Source of the DNA: an uncultured Candidatus Saccharibacteria bacterium
GTDB lineage: Bacteria > Patescibacteriota > Minisyncoccia > Phycocordibacterales > JAACPR01
NCBI GenBank assembly: GCA_964538855.1
Contig: CAZIEY010000001.1
Coordinates: forward strand, 163,059-227,058
Direction: 5' to 3'
DNA: 64,000 nucleotides
Shown: positions 28,452-38,520 of the stretch, one piece after another
How positions within the stretch are numbered: position 1 is the first letter of the stretch
Layout of the letters: the number at the start of each line of letters is the position of its first letter
Notes under the pieces: model-generated
What the model was told of the DNA's origin: nothing
Database searches by the model: none
Seen by the model: only the letters and a program-made list of their open reading frames with translations
Translations under genes and position numbers: made by a program

Positions 28452-30254
28452 TCACTTATTCTTCATTAATCGTTCTAACTCAGCAATATCTGCTTCGATT
28501 TGAGCGAGGCCTTCTTCAAAAAATTTCGGGTGACGCACGTCGATGCCGACTGACGCAAAAATATCCTCGGGACTCGCACTGCCACCTGCTGACAAAAATT
28601 GTTCAATTTTTGCTCTATACGTAGCATCTTTTTTATACTTTGCAAATAATGCATCGCTCACTAATTCCCCGAACGCATACGAGTACACATAGAAATGTTT
28701 CCGAATATGTGACCAACCCACGAAAAAATACCCATCCTCTGGTTTGATTTTGAATACAGGACCGAGATATGCCGACATATGTTTGTTCATTAACTGTGCT
28801 AAATCTTCTTTTGATGCAAAACCTTTTGATCGCACCAACATGTGTGCATCATGTTCAAAATTGAAACACGCAATTTGACGAAACACAGAACTTATCTTTC
28901 CAGAAATTTTATCATGAAGTGCAATGATTTTTTCTGCTTCAGATAAACGACCGAACGCCTCTTCAAATACAAGATTCTCAAAAAACGTACTCGCCACTTC
29001 AGCAACAGCAATTGTATAATCATTGTACAGCGGTCTCTGAGCCTTTGAAAGTTCGCTATGAAAGGCATGTCCCATTTCGTGTCCGAATGTCATCACTGAA
29101 TTGAAATTGTTCGCGTGATTAAGCAACACAAAATTCGGGATATTGTATGCACCCCAACAATATGCTCCACCTCTTTTACCCTTTTTCGCAAACACATCAA
29201 TTTGACCATTTAATAGATACGAATTCAAAATCTTCACGTATTTTTTATCAAATGGCGCAAATGCTTTTTGCAAAATATCGACAGCATCTGCAAATAGAAA
29301 CGGTGTTTTTGTGTCTCCAATTTCAGCACCACGATCTGCATATTCCAAATATTTCTCCTTCATCATACGCGCCTTAAGTTTAAAAAAACGATGTGAAATT
29401 GGAAAATGTTTCGTCACCACTGACACAAGTGTATCGACGGTCGCTTCCTCATTTTGATACGACATCACAGTGTTTGAATACGGTTTTTTGAAACCACGCA
29501 ATTCATCAATGACATTTTTTCGATAGAACAACGCATTGATTTCTGCCTCCGCAAAATCCGATATCTCAATCATCTTTTGCATCAACATATTCCACATCAT
29601 ACGACGCTCTGTGATGGGTAAGCTATAATATCGTCCAAAAGCTTCGGTGACAGGCATCAACACCCCTTTCCACATTATTTCCTGCTTATTTAAAACTTTT
29701 TGAAGCCCGTCGATCCACATTTCTCGAGCTGGCTGATTGAGGCGAGTCAAGATCTTTTCTTCCGCCTCCGACAAATCGTGTTGAGCAGTGTTCCAAATTA
29801 CATGTAGAAAGTAACTGTACGGCGCAAGCACTTTCTCTTTTCTAAACTTCTGTTGAATTGCCACGGAAATACGGCCGATATCCAACGTAAAAAATATAAA
29901 CCTATTCAAAATTTTGTCATAGCGATTTTCTATATCGGTCATACGAGCACGAATAGTAGTGTCACCATGATTTGTATCTCGCCGGAAATAAAAATAAATA
30001 CGAGGACGAATACAACCAGGGTGTGAAATTAAAATCTCGTAATCTTTACAGGCGCTCGCAAGCGTTTTTGCAGTTGTAAGCCATTTCTTATTTATGCTGT
30101 ATTTTCTCTCGAATACTGCAACAGCTAACTCGAAATCTGCAACATCGCGCATAATCTGAGGATCATTATCACCTTTATATATAAGCCCTAAATTCCATTC
30201 AGTTTGCATGCGTGGCTGTTTCGGGATGCGAGGTTGTGATGCGTTGTTTTTCAT
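28452..30254 (-). CDS. pepF: M3B oligoendopeptidase F
   Basis: GKRGGAYC, HEMGHAFH, AEVASTFFE and HFYVYSYAFG motifs. Confidence 0.92.
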   Translation of the reverse strand: MKNNASQPRIPKQPRMQTEWNLGLIYKGDNDPQIMRDVADFELAVAVFERKYSINKKWLTTAKTLASACKDYEILISHPGCIRPRIYFYFRRDTNHGDTTIRARMTDIENRYDKILNRFIFFTLDIGRISVAIQQKFRKEKVLAPYSYFLHVIWNTAQHDLSEAEEKILTRLNQPAREMWIDGLQKVLNKQEIMWKGVLMPVTEAFGRYYSLPITERRMMWNMLMQKMIEISDFAEAEINALFYRKNVIDELRGFKKPYSNTVMSYQNEEATVDTLVSVVTKHFPISHRFFKLKARMMKEKYLEYADRGAEIGDTKTPFLFADAVDILQKAFAPFDKKYVKILNSYLLNGQIDVFAKKGKRGGAYCWGAYNIPNFVLLNHANNFNSVMTFGHEMGHAFHSELSKAQRPLYNDYTIAVAEVASTFFENLVFEEAFGRLSEAEKIIALHDKISGKISSVFRQIACFNFEHDAHMLVRSKGFASKEDLAQLMNKHMSAYLGPVFKIKPEDGYFFVGWSHIRKHFYVYSYAFGELVSDALFAKYKKDATYRAKIEQFLSAGGSASPEDIFASVGIDVRHPKFFEEGLAQIEADIAELERLMKNK

Positions 30255-30421
30255 GGGTTTTATCATAGCAAGTGGCTTTATCAAAATCCATCCTTAGAAC
30301 TTCTTTACAAAGATCTCAACCCGATAGAACATCATAATTCCTCGTGCAGGCAAATATACACTGATGTGTTCAGGCATACAGCAGCACCCCCGCAGACTCC
30401 CACAGAGTCTGCGGTTCTTTT

Positions 30422-31408
30422 TTATTCTCCTAACACATTCCACACCCGCGGATCACCCTGTCCCAAAGCCCATGCAGACATTCCCCGTAAACCGCGATCT
30501 TCCACTATTTTCTGCTTCAGCTCAATACTGTCGATATTGTCGCACCAAATTTTCATCTCGGCTTTCCCTTGTATAAAGCTAAAAAACTCCGCGCCGAGAG
30601 CTTTATCAAATCCAGTTTCGCGATCCGCACCCTTCTTATAATTTTTCTTGGCAAGATAATAGGTAGTCGCTCCCATGCGCACACCGTTCTGCCACTGCCA
30701 ACAATACATCGGAATTCCGAGTGACATTTTTTCAGCAGGCACCAGTTTCACCAAATAATCGAGGGCCGCGTTCACATACGGCAAAGACGCAACGGGACCA
30801 ACTGATCGCGGATCATCGTATGTCATAAGCGACAAAAAATCGACATGAGATGCGAGGTTTTTATAGTCATACGCACTCGACCAATCCTGATATGCTGAAT
30901 TTGGGTTGTAGTCGTTGTTACGCACAATCACTGCCACACTAAATTGCAAATTATTTTTCTTCATCTCAGCGCCAGCCTTTGCCACGAACGCGGTGTACAA
31001 ATTTCGATCACGATGGTTGATATTTTCAAAATCAAATTGCCAACCAATGTATTTATACTTTTTTGCTTCATCAAGCATAAAATCAATGATCGAGTCTTGA
31101 ACCTCCGGAGAGGTGAGAATCTTTGTCATGAGAGCCCGATCGAAATTGTCTTGCACCAGAAGAGGCATAGTTGGCACGCGTTTTTTCTCGATTTCGCGAT
31201 GAATTTTTTTTGAAACGTTCATCGTAATCTTGAAATCGGGTCCGACTTCATATATTTGCGGAGCAAAGATCCCGATATCTTTTGCATGTTTCTTAAATTC
31301 TTTGAGTCCGTCTTTATTACTGTAGAAATAAAATAAATTTTCAGCACCCACGGTCAAAGGCATAGTCACAAAAGTAATCGCGAGAAGGATTGCAGTAATG
31401 CGTTTCAT
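30422..31408 (-). CDS. secreted glycoside hydrolase family 18 (YaaH/YdhD-like)
   Basis: Signal peptide, GWQFDFE, LMTYD, LGIPMY and WALGQ motifs. Confidence 0.85.
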   Translation of the reverse strand: MKRITAILLAITFVTMPLTVGAENLFYFYSNKDGLKEFKKHAKDIGIFAPQIYEVGPDFKITMNVSKKIHREIEKKRVPTMPLLVQDNFDRALMTKILTSPEVQDSIIDFMLDEAKKYKYIGWQFDFENINHRDRNLYTAFVAKAGAEMKKNNLQFSVAVIVRNNDYNPNSAYQDWSSAYDYKNLASHVDFLSLMTYDDPRSVGPVASLPYVNAALDYLVKLVPAEKMSLGIPMYCWQWQNGVRMGATTYYLAKKNYKKGADRETGFDKALGAEFFSFIQGKAEMKIWCDNIDSIELKQKIVEDRGLRGMSAWALGQGDPRVWNVLGE

Positions 31409-31424
31409 ATATTACCATTCTAAC

Positions 31425-32369
31425 ATGCATGAAATATTGTTGTACTATAAATACACGAAAATCGCCGATCCCAAGCAATTAACACAGGATCAGCTCGCGC
31501 TTTGCAAATCCCTTGGACTCAAGGGGCGAATTTTGATTTCTCACGAAGGCATCAACGGAACGCTTGGTGGCTTACCAGAAAATACACAAAAATACATCGA
31601 CGCGATGAAGGCCGATGCAAGGTTTCAAGATATACACTGGAAAAGAAGCACTGGCCCAGCCGACGCATTCCCCCGCCTCTCGGTTCGTGCTCGCAAAGAA
31701 ATTGTTACAGGACGTCTAAGTACTCACGAGGTTGACCCAAACCAAATCACAGGAAAACGTCTCACACCCGACGAGTTACATCGCTGGTTCCAGGAGAAAA
31801 AAGATTTTGTCATTATCGACATGCGCAACAGCTACGAATATCGCTTCGGACATTTTCGCAATTCAATTGATCCAGGAATGGAGAACTTTTACGACCTTCC
31901 CAAAAAAGTCGCAGATCTCAAAAAGAAATACAAAGACAAAACGGTTCTGACTGTATGCACAGGTGGTGTACGTTGCGAAAAAGCGTCCGGCGTCCTAGTC
32001 AAAAATGGTTTTGGCGATGTCTACCAATTGGATGGTGGAATGGTCAGTTACATGGAAAAATATCCAGCTGAAAATTATGACGGGTCCCTTTTCGTGTTCG
32101 ATAAACGCCAAAACGTCTATTTCGAAAGCCCAGAAAAACACGTCGTGATCAGTCACTGCGATTACTGTAATGCTAAAAGTGAAATCATGCGCAACTGTCG
32201 CGACTCATTCTGCAACGGCAGAATGGTTTCATGCGAAAAATGTATGCCCACAGATCGCTGTCGTGAATGTCCAAAATGTGAAAAGCTCCCCGCCTTTTTC
32301 AAATCACTTCGTCGAGTCTATAAAAGAGTTCTTCAGTGGTGGAAAACAGTCGTGATAAAGAATACCTAA
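31425..32369 (+). CDS. trhO: rhodanese-domain tRNA U34 hydroxylase TrhO/YceA family
   Basis: LKGRILISHEGINGT, DMRN.YE..GHF, CTGGVRCEK and YQLDGG motifs. Confidence 0.88.
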   Translation: MHEILLYYKYTKIADPKQLTQDQLALCKSLGLKGRILISHEGINGTLGGLPENTQKYIDAMKADARFQDIHWKRSTGPADAFPRLSVRARKEIVTGRLSTHEVDPNQITGKRLTPDELHRWFQEKKDFVIIDMRNSYEYRFGHFRNSIDPGMENFYDLPKKVADLKKKYKDKTVLTVCTGGVRCEKASGVLVKNGFGDVYQLDGGMVSYMEKYPAENYDGSLFVFDKRQNVYFESPEKHVVISHCDYCNAKSEIMRNCRDSFCNGRMVSCEKCMPTDRCRECPKCEKLPAFFKSLRRVYKRVLQWWKTVVIKNT

Positions 32370-32806
32370 ATTTTGCCCGCTAGAAATTCTTTGGATGCGT
32401 CGACTAAAAAATTACTCGAAAGCACCACTCGACCGATTAAAACAGGATTGTGCATATTTGTGCGATTGTTCAAACCGATTTTTATATGCATTTCGCGTGA
32501 ACCAATCACAAGCGGTGTCCTGATAATGTAACGTGGTGATGTTACCCCATTCGCATCGCGAACCCGCTTTTTTGTGTAATCAGGCGTCTCATGAACAGTG
32601 TCTTTATATTCTGGGTGCGAAGTATCTAAAAGTGAAAATTGGAGGAACTTTTTTCCGTCGCGCTCGACTTCACCAATGATATCAGCATGAATGCATCCGT
32701 TATATGCACCGGAATCAATTTTTGCAACCACGTTACGTATATTAAACTGAGGGAATGAAACATATTCCCGACGTCCAACCATCATTTTGAGATCTGCTTT
32801 TTCCAT
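32366..32806 (-). CDS. RimK-associated retropepsin-like protease (RimB/ATP-dependent Zn protease family)
   Basis: GRRE.V, AKIDSGA and R..M..PVLIGR motifs. Confidence 0.85.
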   Translation of the reverse strand: MEKADLKMMVGRREYVSFPQFNIRNVVAKIDSGAYNGCIHADIIGEVERDGKKFLQFSLLDTSHPEYKDTVHETPDYTKKRVRDANGVTSPRYIIRTPLVIGSREMHIKIGLNNRTNMHNPVLIGRVVLSSNFLVDASKEFLAGKI

Positions 32807-32810
32807 CTTT

Positions 32811-33677
32811 TTATCCTAGCATATTCTGTTGTCGAACCACAGATTCAAAATACTCTGCCATCACATCAGATATATCGACGCCGGTCACCTCTTTAACTTG
32901 CTTTATACCGGGAATTTCATTTGTCTCGATAAAATATAGATCCCCAGTATTCTTGTCTTGCATTAGATCAACTCCCACAATTTCACAACCGATAAACGAA
33001 GATGCCACTTTTTCTGCCATAAGAAATATTTGTTGCAATAACGCAGCGTCAGTAACTTTTTCCATGCTACCACCCTGGGAGACATTGGCTTTAAAACTGT
33101 CACCTGATGGCACTCGTTTATACGCACAGACTGCCTTGCCTCCAACCACATGAATACGAAAATCGCCATCGTTTGGGATAAATTGCTGATACAGCAATTC
33201 GGAACTACTCATTGTCTGCCGTGCATTATCGTATTCTTCCTTGCTTTTTATCAAATATACTTTTTTGCCACGACTTCCAAATGCCGCTTTCATCACAAAA
33301 GGAGTACCGAGTAATTCAATCAATCGTTCATATGAAGCATCTCTCTGAACAATAGTTTTCGGAGTGCGAATATTATTGTTCGCCACTACATATGTTTGAG
33401 TAATTTTGTTCAAGGCTCGTGTATCTTCCAAGAAGAGACGGTTCACAAAAGGAATTTTGTGAGCTTTCAAATAATCCAAGAGACACATTCGACCAGTAAT
33501 TCCGGCGCTATTCCAATAATACACAAGATCAATCCCTGACACATCAAATTTTTCTGGATGCGTAATATCGAAATACAAATAATTATTTGTCGTGACTGTA
33601 TGCCCCCTGTTCTCGAGCGCGATACGCAACAACCTCGTGGTCAAGGTTTCCTTATTTTGAAAGATATGAATATTCAT
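32811..33677 (-). CDS. RimK-family ATP-grasp ligase
   Basis: TPKT, GSRGKKV, QQFI...DFRI.VVGG, FKANVSQGG, GVDL and ETNEIPG motifs. Confidence 0.9.
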   Translation of the reverse strand: MNIHIFQNKETLTTRLLRIALENRGHTVTTNNYLYFDITHPEKFDVSGIDLVYYWNSAGITGRMCLLDYLKAHKIPFVNRLFLEDTRALNKITQTYVVANNNIRTPKTIVQRDASYERLIELLGTPFVMKAAFGSRGKKVYLIKSKEEYDNARQTMSSSELLYQQFIPNDGDFRIHVVGGKAVCAYKRVPSGDSFKANVSQGGSMEKVTDAALLQQIFLMAEKVASSFIGCEIVGVDLMQDKNTGDLYFIETNEIPGIKQVKEVTGVDISDVMAEYFESVVRQQNMLG

Positions 33678-33780
33678 AAATATCATTACAAGATAACATC
33701 TTTTGAACACATTGCAATGCAAAACCGACTTTAACCCCAACATTTTCATTCGGCTGGACTAATGCTACAATGCAATTTAT

Positions 33781-34644
33781 ATGAATCAAAAAATTTGCCT
33801 ATTCACATCAAATGTTCAATATTATTCGACGCAACGTTTTGTTGAGGAAGCCAAAAAAATTCCAGTCGAACTCTCGATTGCAACATACGAAGATCTTCAT
33901 ATCGATCTCAACAACGAGACTTCATGGATGCGTGCTGGTGCAGAATCTCTGGATAATTACACCCATTTCATTTTTCGAAATAGCAAAGGCATGAGAGACA
34001 TTCGAAAAACAGTTGCAGGTTTTCTCAAAGACAAAACAATTTTGAATAAAGAAATTCTTTCTGCGACAGATATTTCTACAAAATTGTATAAGACAATGCT
34101 CCTAGGACAGGCGAACCTCCCTATCGTCGGATCAATCACCGCAACCTCAGACGAAAATTTCAAAGAGTTGGCTCGGCACACGCTTCGTACATACGGAAAA
34201 ATAATTATCAAACCAACTGATGGCACACACGGAAAAGGAATTTCTCTCATCACAAGCGAGGCGGAACTCGACGCATGGAAAAAAGAATCCCACGATTACA
34301 TAATTCAGGAATACATCGAATCTGATTCGGATGTACGCATTTTAGTGCTCGGTGATACGGTGCTCGGTGGAATGAAACGAATTAAAAAAGCCGGAGAATT
34401 TCGAGCCAACGTTTCTCAGGGTGCACACACAGAAATTTTTGATGTTTCGGCTGACTTACAAAAAATTGCGATCGCTGCGACAAAATGTTTAAAATTAGAT
34501 TTTGCTGGTGTCGACATTATTTTCGATCGCAACAACACACCATTTATATTGGAAGTTAACTCTGCTCCACAATTTGAAGGGTTTGAAAAAGCGACAGGTG
34601 TAAATGTTGCGGGGATGATATTGAAGTTTTTGTTAAGTAAATAA
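33781..34644 (+). CDS. RimK-family ATP-grasp ligase
   Basis: KP..GTHGKGI, QEYI..DVRI, FRANVSQG, AGVDI and EVNSAP motifs. Confidence 0.92.
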   Translation: MNQKICLFTSNVQYYSTQRFVEEAKKIPVELSIATYEDLHIDLNNETSWMRAGAESLDNYTHFIFRNSKGMRDIRKTVAGFLKDKTILNKEILSATDISTKLYKTMLLGQANLPIVGSITATSDENFKELARHTLRTYGKIIIKPTDGTHGKGISLITSEAELDAWKKESHDYIIQEYIESDSDVRILVLGDTVLGGMKRIKKAGEFRANVSQGAHTEIFDVSADLQKIAIAATKCLKLDFAGVDIIFDRNNTPFILEVNSAPQFEGFEKATGVNVAGMILKFLLSK

Positions 34645-34700
34645 AAAAGGCCTGAAGCGCGATGCGTGTGTTTGTGTCCACGCATCGCAACCTCAGAGCC

Positions 34701-34883
34701 TCACGGGAGATTGGGGTCATGACCCCAGCCATGTCCGACCGCTTCGGAAAGCGGCTTTTTGTAGCCGGGATTGCCTACAGCCTCCTGGATCACTGGCGCG
34801 AGCAACGCGACCAGCAAAATGACGATCACGACTACAATGAGGAAGAACAGAAATGCCTCCCCCTTCTTTTTTTGGAACTTCAT
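34701..34883 (-). CDS. small single-TM protein, prepilin-like N-terminus
   Basis: MKFQKKKG-EAFLFFLIVVV...; TAAGGAG SD; TTGACC-17-TATTAT promoter. Confidence 0.7.
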   Translation of the reverse strand: MKFQKKKGEAFLFFLIVVVIVILLVALLAPVIQEAVGNPGYKKPLSEAVGHGWGHDPNLP

Positions 34884-35055
34884 GCAGTTCTCCTTATGGA
34901 CTATGGATTGAAGGATCGAATCAATCGATCTTTATTATAATAGCACAAATATATTATTTGGTCAATAACCGAAATGTCTGCCCTTACCGAATAAATAAAA
35001 CAAGAGGTTGAGGCGCGAACTTAATCACACCACAACCTCTGTACCCCCCAGACCT

Positions 35056-35223
35056 TTAACGGCTGGGTGTATTGGGATGAGGTACCCCGCCGTCCGGACT
35101 CTGGTCCGTTGGCTGCTGATTGACCACCGCAAAGATGAAGATCAATAGCATGAGCAGAATCAGCATTTCGAAGAAAATGATGACCGGTGCTCCACCACTC
35201 TTTTTCCCGCTTACCTTTTTCAC
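35056..35223 (-). CDS. small single-TM protein (not in the ORF track)
   Basis: Hand-translated MKKVSGKKSGGAPVIIFFEMLILLMLLIFIFAVVNQQPTDQSPDGGVPHPNTPSR*; CAGGAG SD; hairpin downstream. Confidence 0.65.
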   Translation of the reverse strand: MKKVSGKKSGGAPVIIFFEMLILLMLLIFIFAVVNQQPTDQSPDGGVPHPNTPSR

Positions 35224-35374
35224 GTCAGAACTCCTGATTTCGGTTTTTTCAGATGAGGTTCATTCCGCTGCCAAAACACACTCTATCACAACCTCAAAAC
35301 ATTGCAAAACAGCCATAAACATGGTAATATCTTTGACACGATTGCTTATGCGGCAACGTTTTTAATTACCCACT

Positions 35375-35911
35375 TTGTTCGAGAATAAATTCATAAAACG
35401 CAGAGAAAGTCGCGCCCGCTACAACGGGCAAATTCGGGCTAAAGAATTGCGAGTTGTCGGTCCTGCCGGCGAAAACCTCGGAATTCTGTCGCTTGCAGAC
35501 GCATTGTCTGCGGCACATCAAGCCGGACTTGACCTCATTGAAATTTCAGCCACTTCCATTCCAGCGGTTGCAAAAATCGCAGATTATGGTAAATTTCTCT
35601 ACGAACAAAAGAAAAAGCAAAAGGTAGCAAAAGCCAAGGCTACTACAGTAGAAGTCAAGAACATTCAGGTAAAAGTAGGTACAGACGACAATGACCTTGG
35701 TATCAAAGCCAAAAAGGCGTCGGAATGGCTCGCCGAAGGTCACAGATTGAAAGTCGATCTCTTCCTCCCTGGCCGAACGAAATACATGGATAAAACCTTC
35801 CTTGAAAGTCGAATCGATCGCCTTCTGAAACTTCTCACTGTTGAATACAAAATCGCAGAGCCAGCGAAAAAGAGCCTCAAAGGTCTGACGATGATTGTTG
35901 AAAAGAAATAG
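35375..35911 (+). CDS. infC: translation initiation factor IF-3 (start probably non-AUG)
   Basis: N..IRA.ELRVV, LDLIEI and DYGKFLYE motifs; followed by rpmI-rplT. Confidence 0.95.
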   Translation: MFENKFIKRRESRARYNGQIRAKELRVVGPAGENLGILSLADALSAAHQAGLDLIEISATSIPAVAKIADYGKFLYEQKKKQKVAKAKATTVEVKNIQVKVGTDDNDLGIKAKKASEWLAEGHRLKVDLFLPGRTKYMDKTFLESRIDRLLKLLTVEYKIAEPAKKSLKGLTMIVEKK

Positions 35912-35938
35912 CCTACGAAAAAGCGAAATAACAAAAAC

Positions 35939-36133
35939 ATGAAAAAGACACACAAATCATTTGCAAAGAGACTTAAAGTTACCAAAAAAGGTAAAGTTAT
36001 TGCGCGTAATCCTGGCCAAAACCACTTCAATGCAAAAGAAAGCCGCCGAAGCCAACTTGCCGACAAACGTTCAGTTGATTTGCGAGACCGTCTCAGCAAA
36101 AAAGAAATTAATCACTTTATTACTAACCTTTAA
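35939..36133 (+). CDS. rpmI: 50S ribosomal protein L35
   Basis: KTHKSFAKR motif, synteny. Confidence 0.93.
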   Translation: MKKTHKSFAKRLKVTKKGKVIARNPGQNHFNAKESRRSQLADKRSVDLRDRLSKKEINHFITNL

Positions 36134-36155
36134 TTATTAAGTAACCGCCACACAT

Positions 36156-36503
36156 ATGTCACGAGTAAAACGAGGAGTTATGGCCAACAAGAAGCGCAAA
36201 AATGTGCTTGCGATGACCAAAGGTTATCGATTCGGCCGAAGCAAAAAAGAAGCTCAAGCAAAAGAAGCCATTCGACACGCTGGTCGTTACGCATTCCGAG
36301 ACCGACGAGCAAAGAAACGAACTGCACGCCAAGTTTGGACAATTAAAATCAACGCGGCGCTCGATGCAGCAGGTATCAGCTACAGCAAATTCATCGGTGC
36401 AATGAAAAAGAAAAACATTGAACTCGATCGAAAAGTGCTCGCACAACTCGCCGAAACTCACGCAACTGCGTTTGCAAAAGTGGTAGAAGCGGTTAACAAG
36501 TAA
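36156..36503 (+). CDS. rplT: 50S ribosomal protein L20
   Basis: MSRVKRG, YAFRDRR and LDRKVLA motifs. Confidence 0.97.
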   Translation: MSRVKRGVMANKKRKNVLAMTKGYRFGRSKKEAQAKEAIRHAGRYAFRDRRAKKRTARQVWTIKINAALDAAGISYSKFIGAMKKKNIELDRKVLAQLAETHATAFAKVVEAVNK

Positions 36504-36514
36504 GACTCAAATAA

Positions 36515-36567
36515 AATAAAAAGCCTCTAGTTTCTCTCTTCCGAACCGAAACTAGAGGCTTTTTATT
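36515..36567. terminator. bidirectional terminator
   Basis: aaaagcctctagtttc...gaaactagaggctttt. Confidence 0.8.
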
Positions 36568-37941
36568 TTATTTGAGCTCGACAGTCTCCCCCTCCTCTGG
36601 ATGCACCGCATCAACGCCTAATTCGTCTCGCAATCGCTGTGCTAAAAAGAGCGCGGTTTTCGGCTCACCCATCACAACAAAAACTTTTTTGAGCGTCTTT
36701 GCGGTATGCTCGACAAATTGCACTAAATGATCAGAATCCATGTGCGAAGAATATCCGTTAATCACAATCACTTCTGCATTCACAGGAATTCGATCGCCAT
36801 CAATAGACACAGACGCGTTTTTCTCTAGAATTGCGCGACCAAGCGATCCAGCTACTTGATACCCAATAAACAAAATGGCATTGCGCGCTTCGGGCAAATA
36901 AATTTTCTCGTGATCCATAATGCGACCACCCGCAGACATTCCCGCGCCCGCGATGATAATTTTTGGACCTAGGACACGCTCGATTTGATGAGAATCTTTT
37001 ACATCCGGCGTGCGAATCAATTTCGGAAAGTTAAAAATATCATCACCGGCTTTAATCCGAGCCTGCACTTTTTCATTAAAACAATCTGTGTTTTGAGCAT
37101 ATACATTCGTCAATTTAATCCCGAGTGGTGAATCAAAATATGTCGGCACCACAGGCACTCGCCCCGCTTCAATCATTTCATTCATCTCATGCAATAGCAC
37201 CTGTGATTTCTCGAGTGAAAATGAGGGAATCAGCATCGTTCCCTTTCGTGCGATAATGCGGTTCAAAGCTTCCTCCAATTTTATTTTTCGCGTCTCTTTA
37301 CCTTCGTGATTTCGATCCCCGTACACACTTTCCATGATCATGTAATCTGCATCATCAAAAAATTCAGCGTCACGAATCAGAGGTGTCGGAGAATTTCCGA
37401 GGTCACCCGTAAACACCACTTTTTTATTCTCCGGCTTATAGGTGATTTTAAACATCGAAGAACCTAAAATATGGCCCGCGTCTTTCAAAAAAACTTCGAA
37501 ATCATCATTCAAAAGAAATGGCGTATGATATGGAATGTCGTGCCACAATGTCATCGCAAGAGCCACATCATTTCGCTCGAATGTCTGTGACATGCCACAA
37601 CGTTTCGCCTCGTGCTCGTTAATAGTAAGCGCGTCGGCAAACATATATTCAGTCAATTGACGTGTCTGTGGAGTCGAGTAAATCTTTCCACGAAAACCAT
37701 CTCGTACCAATTTGGGGATTCGTCCAATGTGATCGGCGTGCGCATGTGTCACAAGCAATATATCCATCTCCGCCGGATTATATGGAAACGGCAGACGATT
37801 CGGATCATTTTCACATGTTGCATGGCGCCCCTGCTCTAATCCACAATCTATCAGTATCCGCGTTTTCCCATCCGACAAGAAGAAATTCGCCCCTGTGACC
37901 GACCCTACTCCACCATGAAATGTGACGGATAATTTACTCAT
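36568..37941 (-). CDS. MBL-fold beta-CASP ribonuclease
   Basis: DCG, THAHADHIG, AGHILGS, TGDLG, ESVYG and SSHMD motifs. Confidence 0.93.
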   Translation of the reverse strand: MSKLSVTFHGGVGSVTGANFFLSDGKTRILIDCGLEQGRHATCENDPNRLPFPYNPAEMDILLVTHAHADHIGRIPKLVRDGFRGKIYSTPQTRQLTEYMFADALTINEHEAKRCGMSQTFERNDVALAMTLWHDIPYHTPFLLNDDFEVFLKDAGHILGSSMFKITYKPENKKVVFTGDLGNSPTPLIRDAEFFDDADYMIMESVYGDRNHEGKETRKIKLEEALNRIIARKGTMLIPSFSLEKSQVLLHEMNEMIEAGRVPVVPTYFDSPLGIKLTNVYAQNTDCFNEKVQARIKAGDDIFNFPKLIRTPDVKDSHQIERVLGPKIIIAGAGMSAGGRIMDHEKIYLPEARNAILFIGYQVAGSLGRAILEKNASVSIDGDRIPVNAEVIVINGYSSHMDSDHLVQFVEHTAKTLKKVFVVMGEPKTALFLAQRLRDELGVDAVHPEEGETVELK

Positions 37942-38344
37942 TGATGTTTCTTTTAACATAATAAAATGCTGCGATTCCACCCAAAGTGTCCATGATTATA
38001 TCCAAAATAGTATCTGGTAATTCATTAAACCTATCAGTGAAGCCTGCAAATAATTCCCACACTTCCCACGCAAGACCAACAACGAGCACTGAAAAAATCA
38101 TTACGAGCACGATAAGTGAGAAGTTACGTATCTTGCTCGTCACAGGAATGTAACCAGAAGTAAAAAATACAAACGCAGCACCTAATCCAATCACTGCTCC
38201 ACCCAGGAAGTGCATCAAGATATCAAACCAATCCGTGGTCCAATACAATGAGAAGGTCAGTGCGACATAATGCAACCCGGCCACTACAACTGCACTAAAG
38301 AATAATTCCACAAGTAATGGTCGCCGCGTAAGATTTTGTAACAT
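37934..38344 (-). CDS. membrane protein (D..MHFLGG, WE..E motif)
   Basis: 4 TM, WFDILMHFLGG, WEVWE, DT..D motifs. Confidence 0.75.
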   Translation of the reverse strand: MLQNLTRRPLLVELFFSAVVVAGLHYVALTFSLYWTTDWFDILMHFLGGAVIGLGAAFVFFTSGYIPVTSKIRNFSLIVLVMIFSVLVVGLAWEVWELFAGFTDRFNELPDTILDIIMDTLGGIAAFYYVKRNINE

Positions 38345-38398
38345 GCCATTATTATACCAAGAATACAAAAAACACATACCGAGATGGCATGCGTTCTT

Positions 38399-38520
38399 TG
38401 TGGGAGAATGAATGGACCTAGATTTATTCTAGGTGGGCAGCCGCAATTCTGTACCGAGGCACAAAACGATGTAGGCCGAGCCCTTAAAAATTTTTAACTA
38501 GAATCATTCATCCGCCCACA
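38399..38520 (-). ncRNA. candidate compact 6S-like RNA
   Basis: TGGACA-16-TATAAT promoter, closing stem, central bubble, apical stem, terminator at 38365-38397. Confidence 0.55.

Noticed and set aside
30305-30424. Possible plus-strand small RNA ending in the ccgcagactc/gagtctgcgg hairpin
   Set aside because: The promoter match is weak, and the hairpin is explained as the terminator of the GH18 gene.
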